In this document: one piece after another, positions 14,151 to 28,385 of the stretch
Position numbering within the stretch: the stretch's first letter is position 1
Layout of the letters: every line of letters begins with the position of its first letter
Assembly (NCBI GenBank): GCA_951406725.2
Contig: OX597830.1
Coordinates: 46,748,001-46,812,000 of the forward strand
Length of the DNA stretch: 64,000 bases
Direction of reading: 5' to 3'
Source: Octopus vulgaris
Taxonomy: Eukaryota
The notes under the pieces: model-generated
Database searches by the model: none
Seen by the model: the letters and a program-made list of their open reading frames with translations, nothing else
What the model was told of the DNA's origin: nothing
Position numbers and translations under genes: made by a program

Positions 14151-14636
14151 GATGCCCAGATGCAGTACCAAGCAGTGGTTCTCATGGCTTCTGATCTTAA
14201 CTGATTGGAAGTGTTATCATGTACATGTTTTGTCTTGGTATAAAAAGATGGGCTTACAGTAAATACCCTGCTCAGTACCACAGATTTACTTGTCAGTTGC
14301 TTAATGTTAACCAGTTGAGCATGTCCAAGAATTGAGGAATTCTTTGTGATTTGAATAATTCACTTCTGGAAACATGGGTGTTTCGTTCAACATCCATAAA
14401 TGACCCTTATTCAGGGACATTTTGAGCTGGATGGGCTACTCCACCAGAAGAAAATTCTAACAGGGTTCTACCTCCAAGGTCATGTGCTGTTTATCTTGAT
14501 ATGAGATCACTATGTCGCGCACATATAATTCATGTATCTGGTATATCCTTATCAGACGGATAATCATGATGGGTATACTGGGCTTCGTATATTTTATCCA
14601 AGTGTCACTTTGATGTTATGCACTGTTCTCTCAGTC
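14151..14636 (+). mobile_element. Non-coding TAA-flanked interspersed element, copy 1 (about 70 bp deleted internally)
   Basis: Collinear with 29161-29717, with the same ends; AAT repeats on both sides. Strand is inferred. Confidence 0.85.
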
Positions 14637-14660
14637 AATAATAATAATAATAATAATAAC

Positions 14661-14723
<63 letters not shown>

Positions 14724-14725
<2 letters not shown>

Positions 14726-15600
14726 AAAATTATTTAACTCAGAACCAGGGAAAAATTGGTACAAATAGTCACAAAGCATGAGCAAAGTAAAAAGTGCTTT
14801 CAGTCGTCAAGGAAACCGAAAAATACCCCCAAAGTGGTCATAATACTTGACAACTATGAAGAAAAAGAAGAAACACCAAAAGCGGAAAAATAGCTAAAAT
14901 ACAAGCTAAAGCTGGAACAATAAGATACCACAATAAACGATGGCAAGAAGAGTCCTTACGTGACAAGCACTGGGATAAGCTAAACAGAAAATAAGTAAAA
15001 TTCCAACAATGGTTGAGAAACTCAAGACTCAAAGCAGAGACTGAAAGAAGAAACACATAATGAAGAAAACTGCAATAAGTAACTGCAGAATATGTGACGA
15101 TAGGGAAGAAAAAATAAATCATATTGTCTCTGGATTCCCAGTCCTGGCTAAGAAGGAACATATCCACAAGCATGACAAAGCTGGAACCTGTATACAGTGG
15201 AGGCTGTACCAGAACTATGGAATGACAAGAGAAAAATGGTAGCACTTCGCAAAAAAGGTCTCAGAAAATGAAAAAAATGTCACCCTCTGAAATATACTAA
15301 TATACATAGCTAGGGACATCAAGGCTAAAATGCAAGACATTGTTGTCAGGGACCATTAAAAATGCCTTCTAATCGACATATCTGTCTCAGTAGATGACAA
15401 TGTATCTCTAAAAGAAACGGAGAAACTCTCGAAATACAAAGATCTGGAAATAGAGATGACCAAAATGTGGAGTCTGATAAACGAAATAGTCTGAATAATA
15501 ATAGTTGCATTAGGTATGGTTGAAAGCATACAGGAAAATACATGATCAAAACACTAGGACTCATGAATATATATGAATACAGAAAATATATTGCCCGCAG
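14724..15600 (+). mobile_element. Decayed Dong/R4 LINE: CCHC knuckle and restriction-like endonuclease
   Basis: WLRNSRLKAETE, CRICDDREEKINHIVSG, DIVV..CLLIDISVSVDDNV..KETEKLSKYKDLEIE; starts directly after (AAT)n. Confidence 0.88.
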
Positions 15601-15739
15601 TACATAAGTGGTTCTTAATTTTATCCACCATAGGAGGATGATCGGCAAAGATGACCTTGGCAGTCTCCGAACTGAAAATATAAAGAGTTTGTCATTGCTC
15701 GTCTCACAGTAATTGAATACACAGTTTGTTAGAGAGAAA

Positions 15740-16950
15740 CAAATCGGATGATGGCGAGGAGGTTATGATTCGAAGATATTTATCATGGATAAAATCCGAA
15801 TTGAATATAGCAGGAATAGAAAGATAAACTGAAACATGGCCTGACTAGACGACGAAAAGAAAGAAAGACAAAAGAAAGAAGAACCATGGCGTCTGGCAAA
15901 CGAGATTCTGTTAAAGACCACACAAGAGATCATTAGTTCCATTAAATATAACATGAGATAATTAGTGATATTAAATATAACATGATGGGGCGGAGAACAG
16001 CCGTACACGTTCAACAATAAAATGAGGGAATAACAACTCAAAGAATTATCATTAATAAAAGACTATTCCAAAGACTATTCTTTCAACATTGTTCATTTGA
16101 TTGGTTTTTACAACTAAATCCTGTACTAAAGCAAAATAGCTGTGAATACAAGTATGATAGGTTAGGTACAAACGACCGTTTATAGAAGTAGAGATGTCCA
16201 TAAATGAAGGTGAAGAGTTGGATTATAACGGTTTTTTTTTAGCAAATGACCTGTCTGAAATAAAAAGAAAAAGAAAAGAAAAACGAACGTAGCAAGGCTT
16301 ATGAAGACATAATGTAGAGTTTCATAAAAATAATGATAAGAAGTAATTATAACAAGAGAAAGCCAAAAAGTCTCAAGGAATAAATAGAATATTGAAGAAC
16401 GTAAGAGCAAAACCAGACAGAAATATCACTGTCGCATTAGACAAGCACTCAGATCCGATCTAAATTCATAGTCGTATATATTAATACATTAGCCATAATA
16501 GAAATAAGTATAGTTTTAATGTAATAAACTGGAAGATGAATGGAGTGAAGAGACTAGATAGAACAACGAGGAAAATGAATAAGAGCATTTAGAATATTAT
16601 TATCTCTAAAAGTAGACGTTGATGAAAGCAGGCATTTACTGCAAGCAGAAGTCGGAAGAGCAGTTGTATAATTAGATAAGTATAAGTTTGGTACTGTAGG
16701 CTAACAAAAACACAGAGCAAAATGCAGTAATAGATTAATATATGGTGGTAAAGAAAAATTCTCTGCTATGAAGGAAGATGATAAATATAACAAAAAGTCT
16801 GGAGTATGGGAGGGAAGAGCAAAGAGCGCAAAACGAAGTCATAAAAGAATAAGATTAACAGAAAATTCGATGGAAAAGTACTTCAGATGGTAAAAGTAGT
16901 TGGAGGGAAAAAAACTTTCGTAGTCAAAAAAATCAATGTAGACAATCAAG
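15740..16950 (+). mobile_element. Highly decayed Dong/R4 LINE RT region
   Basis: Traces of the N(L)NMAWLD and KRLFQ(GD) motifs, RIRQALRSDLN, INTLA, YSFNVINW..KRLDRTTRK. Confidence 0.65.
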
Positions 16951-17918
16951 ACAACTTCAGGCATATTTCAGTCGTATTAAACCTCTTCATCCTCATTATT
17001 TTCAACTCATCTTTCAGTACAGATATCTTGTATGTGTGGCAATATCGAACATTTTGTAGTCTATGCTTCGCTGATGAGATCCAATTTAACTAAAACACGC
17101 TACGAATTGTCTACCGTATATACTGAAATAATTAAAATAAGTTCTAATTTAGGCAAACTTCTAGAAATGTTGAGTAAAGCGGATCACTCGATGCTATCGA
17201 CTCTAATACTCAATCGATACTTTATTTTGTCGACTCTGGAGGAGTGAAAGGTAAAAATTGACCTTGAAATAATATTAGCCATTCAACTAATATATTTTTC
17301 TTACCGCATAAGTATTTTTAATTAGATATTAGTAACTTAAGAATCCTTTTTTATGCAGATGGCATCTCGGGGAATTACTTTTAGCGCTAACATTTGTCAA
17401 AGCATATTCTGGAAGATCTGAAACGTGTTGCTTGGGTACCTACAAAAATTATCCTGTTCACATCTTTAAAATTGATGACTTCTGGGAGCGAACTAATTCC
17501 ATATATCGTCACCAAAACAAATATATTTCACAAAACCCTTTTTTCTGTCTTTAATCTGAATGTATTACAAAATCACAAGATGGAATTTCTTGGATTTCTG
17601 TTTCGAAAGTTCTTTTATGTTTTACATGTTTTACATGTTCTTCCTAGCCTGCATTTTTATATTAAAATCTTCCCGGTTGCTGCGCGTTCTTTAAAGATAT
17701 TTCGCAGGAGACTGCATTATAGCGATAGCGATCGATTGACGGAGTCGTTGGAACTTCGAACAAATGCGATGCACTTTCTGTCACGATTCGTTGTTTCCAG
17801 GGTTCAAATCTCAGCGAAGTTAACTTTGCTTTCATCTTTCAAGAATCTATAAAATAAAAACGGCCAAGTACCTAAACAATTCATCTCCCCATTCTCTCTA
17901 AGCAAGTTTTTGTCTTAT

Positions 17919-17989
<71 letters not shown>

Positions 17990-18082
17990 GTATTTATGCA
18001 TATATTTCTATATATCTCTGTGAGTGTATATGATTATGTGTGCGTGCATGTATGTATGTAAGTATATTTATATATCTATCTG

Positions 18083-18154
<72 letters not shown>

Positions 18155-18625
18155 GCTATCTAGCTAGCTATACGCATATTATATATTTATATATATGATA
18201 TACATGAGGTGTGTGTGTGTGTGTTGTATGTTGTGCATGTGGGCAATGAGTGTGTCATGTTCGTTTCGCCGCACTTTCTGCGCATTTGTGGTGTGCGCAT
18301 GCGTGCATTTGGGTGTTTATGAAACTCTCCCGACTGATAACACTAATCTTCTTCGACCAGTTGAGGATTAGAGGTAAACAAAATTGCACACGTAACACAC
18401 AATCACTCACAATCATGCAGTCAAACACACTCACTCAAACACACACTCACATACATTCGAGCAACTTTAACTTGAGCAATAAATTGATATTTATCCATTA
18501 ATAACATTTAAATCTTATCAAAATGACTCAATGCAAATGTATTCATCAATGTCTGCGAATTAAAACTATTTCGGAGAAATGAAATTTATAAATCAATAAA
18601 AACCTTCAAACTACTAAAAAAAAAG

Positions 18626-18719
<94 letters not shown>

Positions 18720-19471
18720 CAAAACAAAAAAACAAATTGTATCAAAATTTTCTTTTGTCGAAGAAATCAATGTAAAAGCTTATACCACATTACTGGTATT
18801 TAGTTGAATTATAGGCAGGAAATTCCTCAAAGTATATTTGTGTTTCGGTACCTTTAATCGTAGGAATTTCAGAATGATTGGAAATTCTGGATCTGTGACT
18901 TCTCAAAACTGGCTAAAATTAGAAGAGGTTCTGAGTTGAAATCACCACTGAAGTCAATTTCGACTTTCGTCCCTCTGGTGTCGATAAAATAAACTACTGC
19001 TGTCGAATAGATTGACTAATGTCTTTCTCCCACAAAACAGCTAGTCTTTGGCATAAACCAGAATTAATTATGTATTATAAGGGCCAACGGAAAGTTTCTT
19101 TTCTGTTGATAAAAACTGGGACTTGAAACATGGGTCTTTTTGACATACGCAATCCGAAAATGACATCCGTTTATTATCATCACCTCAAGATTTTCCGATA
19201 CTGAATCCATAGAATTTGGTTGTATTTTTTCAATAAAACAGTAAGGCATAATACATACACAGAAATTGGTTTTTCTTCAAACCAGAATTGTTTCTTAAAA
19301 TTCTAATGAAAACTTAGACAAACCGCATCGCTGTTTGTGCCTAATTTGAATAATTTACTTAGTGCTGAGCATTGGGAAGATCACGAACCAAATTCTAACA
19401 ATAGTCCACCATCATATGCAAGTCCACTCTACCTCGATACCATTGTTCCTGTCATTATGTCCCCATAGAAA

Positions 19472-19553
<82 letters not shown>

Positions 19554-19606
19554 GTCTGTCTGTCTGTCTATCTGTCTGTCTGTCTGTCCATCTATTTATC
19601 TGTCTG

Positions 19607-19676
<70 letters not shown>

Positions 19677-19751
19677 CATCCATCCATCCATCTATCTATC
19701 TATCTGTCTCTCTGTCTGTCTGTTTGTCTGTCTGTCCATCTATTTATCTGT

Positions 19752-19821
<70 letters not shown>

Positions 19822-20262
19822 GTCGGTCTGCCTATCTGTCTGTTTTTTCACTGTCTCTGTCTGTCTGTCTGTCTGTCTATTAAAAAATCGTATTTTCACC
19901 GTGTTTAATCAATCCAAACAGTACACGCTCGACGCATGACCACCCAAAACATCACGCAATAAAGCAACACAACGCTCACAATACATCTTAAATAGAATCG
20001 CCGTGATATATCGCAGCTGGCGTTGCTTCCTCGACGCCATAACCGGCCAACATTGTAATACGAAGCATGCTCCTCTCACATGATGGCTGCTGTAATCTCA
20101 GCGACTTCTCTCACACGCATTCACCGCAGTTGCTGCTACCCCAATAACATAACGCATATATTACAAACAATCATTGTTACGTACTGGAACACACAACACA
20201 AACTCAAGAAGCCCAGACGATGATACGATCATCGCTCAAAGGTATAATACACCTTTAATACA

Positions 20263-20491
20263 GCGGCGAGCTGGCAGAAACGTTAGCACGCCGGGCGAAA
20301 TGCGTAGCCGTATTTCGTCTGTCGTTACGTTCTGAGTTCAAATTCCGCCGAGGTCGACTTTGCCTTTCATCCTTTCGGGGTCGATAAATTAAGTACCAGT
20401 TACGCACTGGGGTCGATGTAATCGACTTAATACCTATGTCTGTCCTTGTTTGTCCCCTCTGTCTTTAGCCCCTTGTGGGTAATAAAGAAAT
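20263..20491 (+). mobile_element. SINE family A, full length, with 15-bp TSD
   Basis: aggtataatacacct at 20240-20254 and 20492-20506; 8 extra nt separate the left TSD from the head. Confidence 0.93.
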
Positions 20492-20700
20492 AGGTATAAT
20501 ACACCTCACGTTGCAAATAGTCTCGACACAAAAAAACACATACAAAACAAACACCATAAGAACAGATTTGGACGTGAATAGAGAATACGAGTCCATATTT
20601 CTAGAAGACAATACTGAGCGCATGAGAAACTGAGAAACAACTGGTAGGGGAGAAGAAACTGGCATGATGATGATAGTGATGATGATGGTGATGTTGTTGT

Positions 20701-20737
<37 letters not shown>

Positions 20738-20955
20738 AGTGATGTTCATGATGAGGATGATGGTGATGTTCATGATGATGATGGTGATGATGGTGATGGG
20801 GATGACGGTCTATAATTTAGAAAGAAGGCAGCAGTTTTAGAGTAAGGGGTTAGTGGTCACCATCGACCCCCAGTGCTTGCTTGGTTCTTAAATTTATCAA
20901 CTGCACGGGGATGAAAAGCAAAGTTGAGCTCGATGGGATTTCAATAAATAACGAC

Positions 20956-21034
<79 letters not shown>

Positions 21035-21054
21035 TGTGTGTATGTATGTATGTA

Positions 21055-21085
<31 letters not shown>

Positions 21086-21384
21086 ATGTATGTATGTATG
21101 TATGTATGTATGTATGTTGACATACATGTATGTATGTAGATATATTGACATACATATATTGACATGTATGTATGTAGATATATTGACATACATGAAGCGC
21201 ATTTCATTACGGTTGTTTGAATTTGTATCTCGGTTGCTTTATTATTTCATTATCTTAAGACCTCTTGACAACAGGCTGGTGTCCGCTCTCACAGAATCAA
21301 CGAGAGCAAACAAAACCGAGCGCTGTGAGAAGTAAAACAAAAAACGAGAAGTGAAGCAACAACACCACTACCGCCACCACCAAC

Positions 21385-22010
21385 AAGCCATTTCAAAGGG
21401 GAGGGTAAGTCGATTACGTCGACCCAAGTGTTCAACTGGTACCTATTTCATTAACCCTGAAATAATGAGAGGCAAAGTCAACCTTCGTTGAATATGAACC
21501 CAGAGCGGACGAAATGGTGCTTAGCATTTTGTTTGGCGAAATACCTATTTCTTTATTACCCACAAAGGGCTAGACATAGAGGGGACAAACAAGGACAGAC
21601 ATAGGTATTAAGTCGATTACATCGACCCCAGTGCATAACTGGTACTTAATTTATCGACCCCGAAAGGATGAAAGGTAAGAAATGCCTTTAACAAAGGCCA
21701 GCATTTGAAGGAGGACAGAGGGATTGAATCTTCACTTGACTGGTGGCATATTTTATTGAATTCGAGACGATGAAAGGCAAAACTGACTTTGGTAGAATTT
21801 GAAACTCAGATCATAACGTGCCATAACCTAATAGACACAAAGCCAATAATTTGGGGTGGTAGCAGTCGATTATATCGATTTAACTGGTTCTGTGTCAACC
21901 ACAGAAGGATGAAGAGCAAAGTCGACCTCAGCAGCAGGACACGAAATCAGAAGGTAAAGGATCGAAAGTAACTGCCGCAATGTGTTTTGTTTGACGCACC
22001 AAAAAATTCC
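21385..22010 (-). mobile_element. Cluster of ~4 SINE-A-related copies (young 3' half at 21541-21675)
   Basis: Repeated ggatgaaaggcaaagtcgacc-like cores, all in the same orientation. Confidence 0.8.
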
Positions 22011-22195
22011 ACCAAAATTTGTTTATGAGGAGAATTAGTTGTGTGTAGCGTCTACAAACATAAATCAATAAAGCTCACTTGGCATTAATCGATGATTCTG
22101 ACGGAGAAATGACCAACAATCACTTCCATCCCACCAGTGAAGAAACGGACACAAACAGTTGGTAGACGGATTATTTTATGAATACAGCTACATAT

Positions 22196-22265
<70 letters not shown>

Positions 22266-22406
22266 ATATATATATGTATATATATATATATGTGTGTGTA
22301 TGTATGTATATATGTTTGTATGTATGCATGGGTGTATGTATGTATGTATGTGTGCAGGTATGTATGTGTGTATGTTTGTACTACGTTGATATATATATAT
22401 ATATAT

Positions 22407-22448
<42 letters not shown>

Positions 22449-22449
22449 C

Positions 22450-22522
<73 letters not shown>

Positions 22523-23142
22523 AGAGAAAAGTTTATTCCATGTAAGTGGTTCCAGGATTATAAAGCGGAGATTATGGCAACCATCTTCGTCTGGCCGTCA
22601 ATACCAACTTCATCAGTTGGCGGAAAACATTGCCAGATGATGGTTTTAAAGTTTCAAACAACACCTGACGTAATCATCGCAATGACGTGAACAAAAATGA
22701 CAGTCATTGTTTACATCGGAAAATATGTTTAATGGCTTTTAATCCAGAGGAGGAAGGCAGCACTTGAAAACTTTGCAGAACCGCCAAATCTGACGGTGAT
22801 GAGATGAAGAAGAAACCACGACTTTCCAGATGTGACTACCAATAAAACACAGTACACTATACTAAAAGCACCCAGGTTTGGTGGTGTTATTAAGTCTATC
22901 CCCCAAGAACCGTATAGTTCAGCTGAAGGGATCTCCATGCACTTTCCATCCATCTAGTCTTGCTCATTATTTGTGCCGACCTGCAGCCATGGTCGATGGA
23001 ACGTTTTATCTCATTGTTGCGTTTTAGGTTCAAACTTGGAAGAATGTGATTACAATTCTTAACAACCATTCTGCTATTGTTTCTTGGATTGTAAGCTACA
23101 ATTTTGGATCATGAGTCCTTAATGGTGCTTGGCATCATCGTT

Positions 23143-23346
23143 GGAATTTACAAAAACAAACAAACAAAACAAAACAAAACAAAAGACGAAGACAGGTGTG
23201 TAAACAACAAACAGATGTATTAGTTTAACGCTTGGGAAGTGAGAAAGTCTTTTACGTTTCGAGCCTACGCTCTTCAACTGAAAAGAAAACAGAAATAAAC
23301 AGAGAAAATTATAAAAAAAAGGTTTAGTGGCTAGAGATCAATCATG

Positions 23347-23350
<4 letters not shown>
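23143..23350 (-). mobile_element. Short Penelope-like (pseudo-LTR) fragment, family P2, with hammerhead-like motif at 23248-23286
   Basis: Collinear with 44128-44326; minus strand reads tcttt-tcagttgaa-GAGC gtag GCTC-GAAA-c-GTA-aaaga; adjoins (TA)n. Confidence 0.75.
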
Positions 23351-23425
<75 letters not shown>

Positions 23426-23427
<2 letters not shown>

Positions 23428-23630
23428 GGAGTAAACACATAAATGTGAAACAAGGTGGAAAAAAAGAGTACTCAAATACCAGTGGTAGAGTAATATGCTT
23501 TATTTAAAGCAGCAGAAAATTCAACAAAATCTGTTACTCTGAGTTTCTCGTTGCCGTTCATCAGACAGTTTTCTGATGAACGGCAACGAAAACTCAAGTA
23601 ACAGATTTTGTTGATTTTCTGCTGCTTTAA

Positions 23631-23635
<5 letters not shown>
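23426..23635. mobile_element. Penelope-like fragment, family P1, as a foldback (67/64-bp arms, 6-nt loop) within (TA)n
   Basis: Arms 23499-23565 and 23572-23635 are reverse complements; homologous to 62295-62419. Confidence 0.85.
23531..23568 (-). ncRNA. Minimal type I hammerhead ribozyme motif
   Basis: CUGU-CUGAUGA-ACG gcaa CGA-GAAA-CUC a GAG-UA-ACAG: intact core, 4-bp helix I, near-palindromic helix III, GUA site; the 10.1-11.1 pair is an A-A mismatch. Confidence 0.75.
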
Positions 23636-23702
<67 letters not shown>

Positions 23703-23771
23703 ATATAATGCTGGTGCATTGACCTCGTGCATGAGCATTGCTGGTATTTTCCATGAGCAATGGTCAGTGAT

Positions 23772-23955
23772 GGACAGACAAAGGGATTAAGTCGATTACA
23801 TCGACCCCAGTGCGTAACTGGTACTTAATTTATCGACCCCGAAAGGATGAAAGGCAAAGTCGACTTCGGCGGAATTTGAACTCAGAACGTAGCGGCAGAC
23901 GAAATACCGCTAAGCATTTCGCCCGGCGTGTTAACGTTTCTGCCAACTCGCCGCC
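23772..23955 (-). mobile_element. SINE family A (3'-truncated, young)
   Basis: Near-identical to the other A copies. Confidence 0.9.
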
Positions 23956-25271
23956 TTATGGCTTGAAGAATATTGTGTGAAATTTAGAAACCAGTTGATT
24001 TAGCAAGTGGGGAGCTCATTTCTGTGATTGGGGCCGGCGCGCAATAATTCCGTCGAGTGGAAGGTCCTGAAATGGTGCGCATTTTCTCCTGATGACCCCA
24101 TTAGCCTGCTAGTGTACGATGTGTGGAACTTTCTAGTGGTAGCACTTGAGTGTGCAAGTTGTTTGATGCATGTATGTGTGTATGCGTGTATATATGCAAA
24201 TAAGTATATGTATATACCGTGCAGTATGCATGCAGAACATTGAGCAACTTGAAGCACAGTAATATATGTCTGTCTCTAATTCGACGCCATTGGCTGTTCC
24301 CCCACCCCATCCCTCCGCCAACCTTGTCTCGAAACCTGGACTTCTCGTATAAACCAGGCAGATGTATGAACACAAGACGGCCAACACATTATTGTGCATA
24401 ACTGGAAACCTGTACTTTTCAGTAATAATGCATGATGGGATAGGAAAGGCGGAGCAGACTCATTTTTATGTCATAACTGAAAGCATGGAAGGCATCATTG
24501 TTTACGAATTAAGACTATTATCTTCTCAGAAATCACATTTGATGGCTGCACGACGACGCCAGCAGCCTCGAATGCTTTAATATAAATATGTACTTTTATA
24601 AGAATCCATGCATACATACGTGCATACACGAATTCATCAATACAAGCATACGTACGTACAACCATCGAAACGTAAATATAAACACGCGTTCGTACAAGAA
24701 GATATACGCAAATATAAAACTCTCTCAACATAGATTCCAAAAATAGCAGATCCCCCCACCCCACCTCACCCCCTGAAGATTACTTTGGAAACTGATGAAA
24801 TGCGAAGTGAGTGGAAATATAGTTTTTTTTTTGTTTTTATCTACATCTTTCGGAAAATACGAAAACAAAGAAGAAGAGGAAAAAGAAGGCGAGGAGAAGG
24901 GAGAGAAAGAAAGATAAAGAGGAAATAATAAAATTTAAAAAAATAGCTTATTAGGCTGGTGGATATAATTAAATTAGATGTGGATAATTTTAACAAGATG
25001 GAGTCCGAGTAAAGTAGAAATATATATTAGATCTATTTAGACGCATCAGACCGTCAGTTAATTGTGGAGGTAGATATTTGGCAAAGGGATTTTGTGTGTG
25101 AACGTATGGAAACATGTATATATGTATGTGTAAATGATAGCTGAATAAATATATGTATATGTATGTATGTGTGTGTATGCATGTATGTACGAATGTATGC
25201 ATATATGTATATATATATATAGATGGATGGAAGAATCAATGTATGTCTGTATGCGTATGTATGTATGTATG

Positions 25272-25305
<34 letters not shown>

Positions 25306-25409
25306 TGTATGCATGCATGCATGTATGTATGTATGCATGTATGTATGTATGTATGTATGTATAATATGTATGTCTCTTTATGTCTGTTTTTTTTAATCAA
25401 AATCATTTA

Positions 25410-26205
25410 AATTTGAGAAAAGAGGCGGGGAACAACCAGGGAATGTGTGTTCTGTAAGCCGTATTGCAGATGGCACTAAATGTTGGAACCAAGATGATTT
25501 CCCAAAGATTAAGATCCGATCGGAGTCTGGTGCATTATCAAATCTGGTTAAGGAATATATATTTCGAATTGTTCGGGCAAAACTGTGTAAATCGGTCGGT
25601 TTAGTGAGAGTATTGTTTCCCAAATTACATTTTCTTCGCATTACGTTTCTCAAATCAGACACAACATGAATAATAACTATGAGATTCATTTCAGATATGT
25701 TTGTCAAACATTCATTTACAACTACAGTCGGGGCCTCTGGAATGTCTGCTGCGCTCTTTTCGCTTTAAAATATGTTGTGCTAAGACGAAGCTTCGTGTTA
25801 ATGGAAATTATCGTTCTTACCACCTCTTCGGCTTTTGCATGTAGCCTTGCCTTCCGTTGATTTCTTTGCTACCCGCGCCAAAATTTAAATTCACTGTCAG
25901 TTCTGCATACTTTGTCAAAAATGTAAAGAAGTCAACCGAGAAAAATTTTCTTCTTTTCCACGTTCTGTCAAAATTTCACCAACCAGCATAGACATAAAGC
26001 GATTCAGAAAGCTACACGATGTATAGCAGTAGCCGAGTAATTTAGCAGTTGGAATTGCGAATTAGTTGTCATCTAGAAAAAAAAAAAATGTTCACGGCAC
26101 CAGCAACTTCTGGGGACAAAGCGACTGATGTGGAAAATGAGTTCGGCGTCGAATCAACAAGGCCAAATTGGCGAAGTTAAAAAGCTGAGACTAACGGTCT
26201 CTTTC
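25410..26205 (-). mobile_element. Mutator-like (MULE) DNA transposon relic: FLYWCH domain plus start of the transposase core
   Basis: Frameshifted ERGKKKIF..LYIFDK..FKFWR..KARLH (FLYWCH), then DSDRILIFGKSSWFQHL..TF...PPLFS (MULE RILIF..DGTF region); the 26000-26205 end is tentative. Confidence 0.8.
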
Positions 26206-26599
26206 CCTCATAACTGCCTGCTATGGATGGAAAGAAGACAAATTGAATGAGGTTGTAGATATACTATACATAAAAACGGGACGGTAAGGTCACGAATGGA
26301 AAGACTTTGTCCAGAAATCTCTCAAACAAAGGTGTGTGTGCGGGGTTTCAACAATAACGACTGTATATACATATATATACTTACATGCATGCATAATTAA
26401 ATACATACATATCGATAGACAGACAGACAGACACACAGACACACACACACACACACACATACATACATTCATAAAAATTCATACGTATATATACATACAT
26501 GCACACATAAAAATTCATACGTATATATACAAACATGCACACGCATATGCATACATATACATGCACATAAACTCATTAATAAATAAGGAATATTAACTA

Positions 26600-27186
<587 letters not shown>

Positions 27187-27738
27187 TGTATGTATATATA
27201 TTGTATATATTTATGTGTTGTTTAGATGTTTTGTAGTCCTATTTATCCTCAAACACTTGCAAAAGTACATTTTTCATTCTTGTTGTTCTAGATGAAGATG
27301 TGTTTGAATGATTTCCGCAAATATTTCCAAGTAAAATGAAATTGTTTTCTTTTTGTCCTCGGTTTTTCTTTCTTTTCTTTCGCTCTTAAATCGTGCTTTT
27401 GCGTCCTCTCCTTCTTCCCACAGTCTTCTTTTTCTTCTTTTTCTTCTTCTTCTTCTTCTTCTTCTTCTTCTTCTTCTTCTTCTTCTTCTTCTTCTTCTTC
27501 TTCTTCTTCTTCTCCTCCTCCTCCCCCTCCCCCTCCTCCTCCTCCTCCTTCGTTTCTATGTGTGCGCATGCGTCGGCGCTTACGTTTTACTTATGTGGTA
27601 ATTAATGACGTCATAGAAATGTTTTTGAAATTGTTAGATTTAGCTTTTGTTTTAATTTCAAAGATCAAAAGATCCAACGCTGCTCTAATAAATAATTATT
27701 TAGCAGGAACTGAATCTGATTCCTGACCAATAACTTCA

Positions 27739-27964
27739 CCCATTAAGACCCCACTGTCCTATAAACAGGACACTAAATGAGAACATTAAACAAGCTATAT
27801 CACATTGTCTCAGTGTCCTATTTATAGGACACCGAGTATTTCCATTTCTTACTTGAAGTAAAGGAGTTTTAATAATTATTTTTTGTCATTTTAACCTATT
27901 TTCAATTATCTGTAAAAATTTTAAAGTAATATTCTGAAATTTAAGTACTCTGGGACTTAATGGG
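27739..27964. mobile_element. piggyBac-like MITE (226 bp)
   Basis: TIR CCCATTAAGACCC / GGGACTTAATGGG (12/13 match), flanked by TTCA and TTAA; internal palindrome gtgtcctatttataggacac. Confidence 0.75.
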
Positions 27965-28385
27965 TTAAACAAAAAGCTACGCAATGACGTGTGTTTCAAT
28001 AAGCAAACCTGGCCACGCCTGTCTTATCTCCGGTTACAGTTGGTTGTCTGTAAGCTACTTTTTGAGAAGTTTTTTCAGCCTTCACTAGGCCTTATTTCTA
28101 ATTCTGATGGGTTCCCGCAACCCAATTTCACATGGGAGATTAGCTGGGCGGCCGGTTGCATCGCTGTTTTCATTGATCACGTGCCAGGTTGACTGGGTTA
28201 TAGGGATTACAATGTAGAACCCAACCTAACGCTGACTCCTTTTATAGACACGTGATCAGAAATTTGTGGGAGGATGAAACTGATTCCATTACTTGGCGGG
28301 AGTCGTCTTGATCGAACTTTGAAAGGAAGAAAGGCAGAGGTGCTTAGGTGGGATTTGAACTCCGTATGTAAAGACCAAAGTAATA

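Noticed and set aside
17394-17852. 152-aa ORF
   Set aside because: Non-ATG start, AT-rich, runs into a decayed SINE-A, no domain recognised.
22530-23140. Complex unique-looking sequence
   Set aside because: Could be an old LINE remnant, but I could not identify diagnostic motifs.
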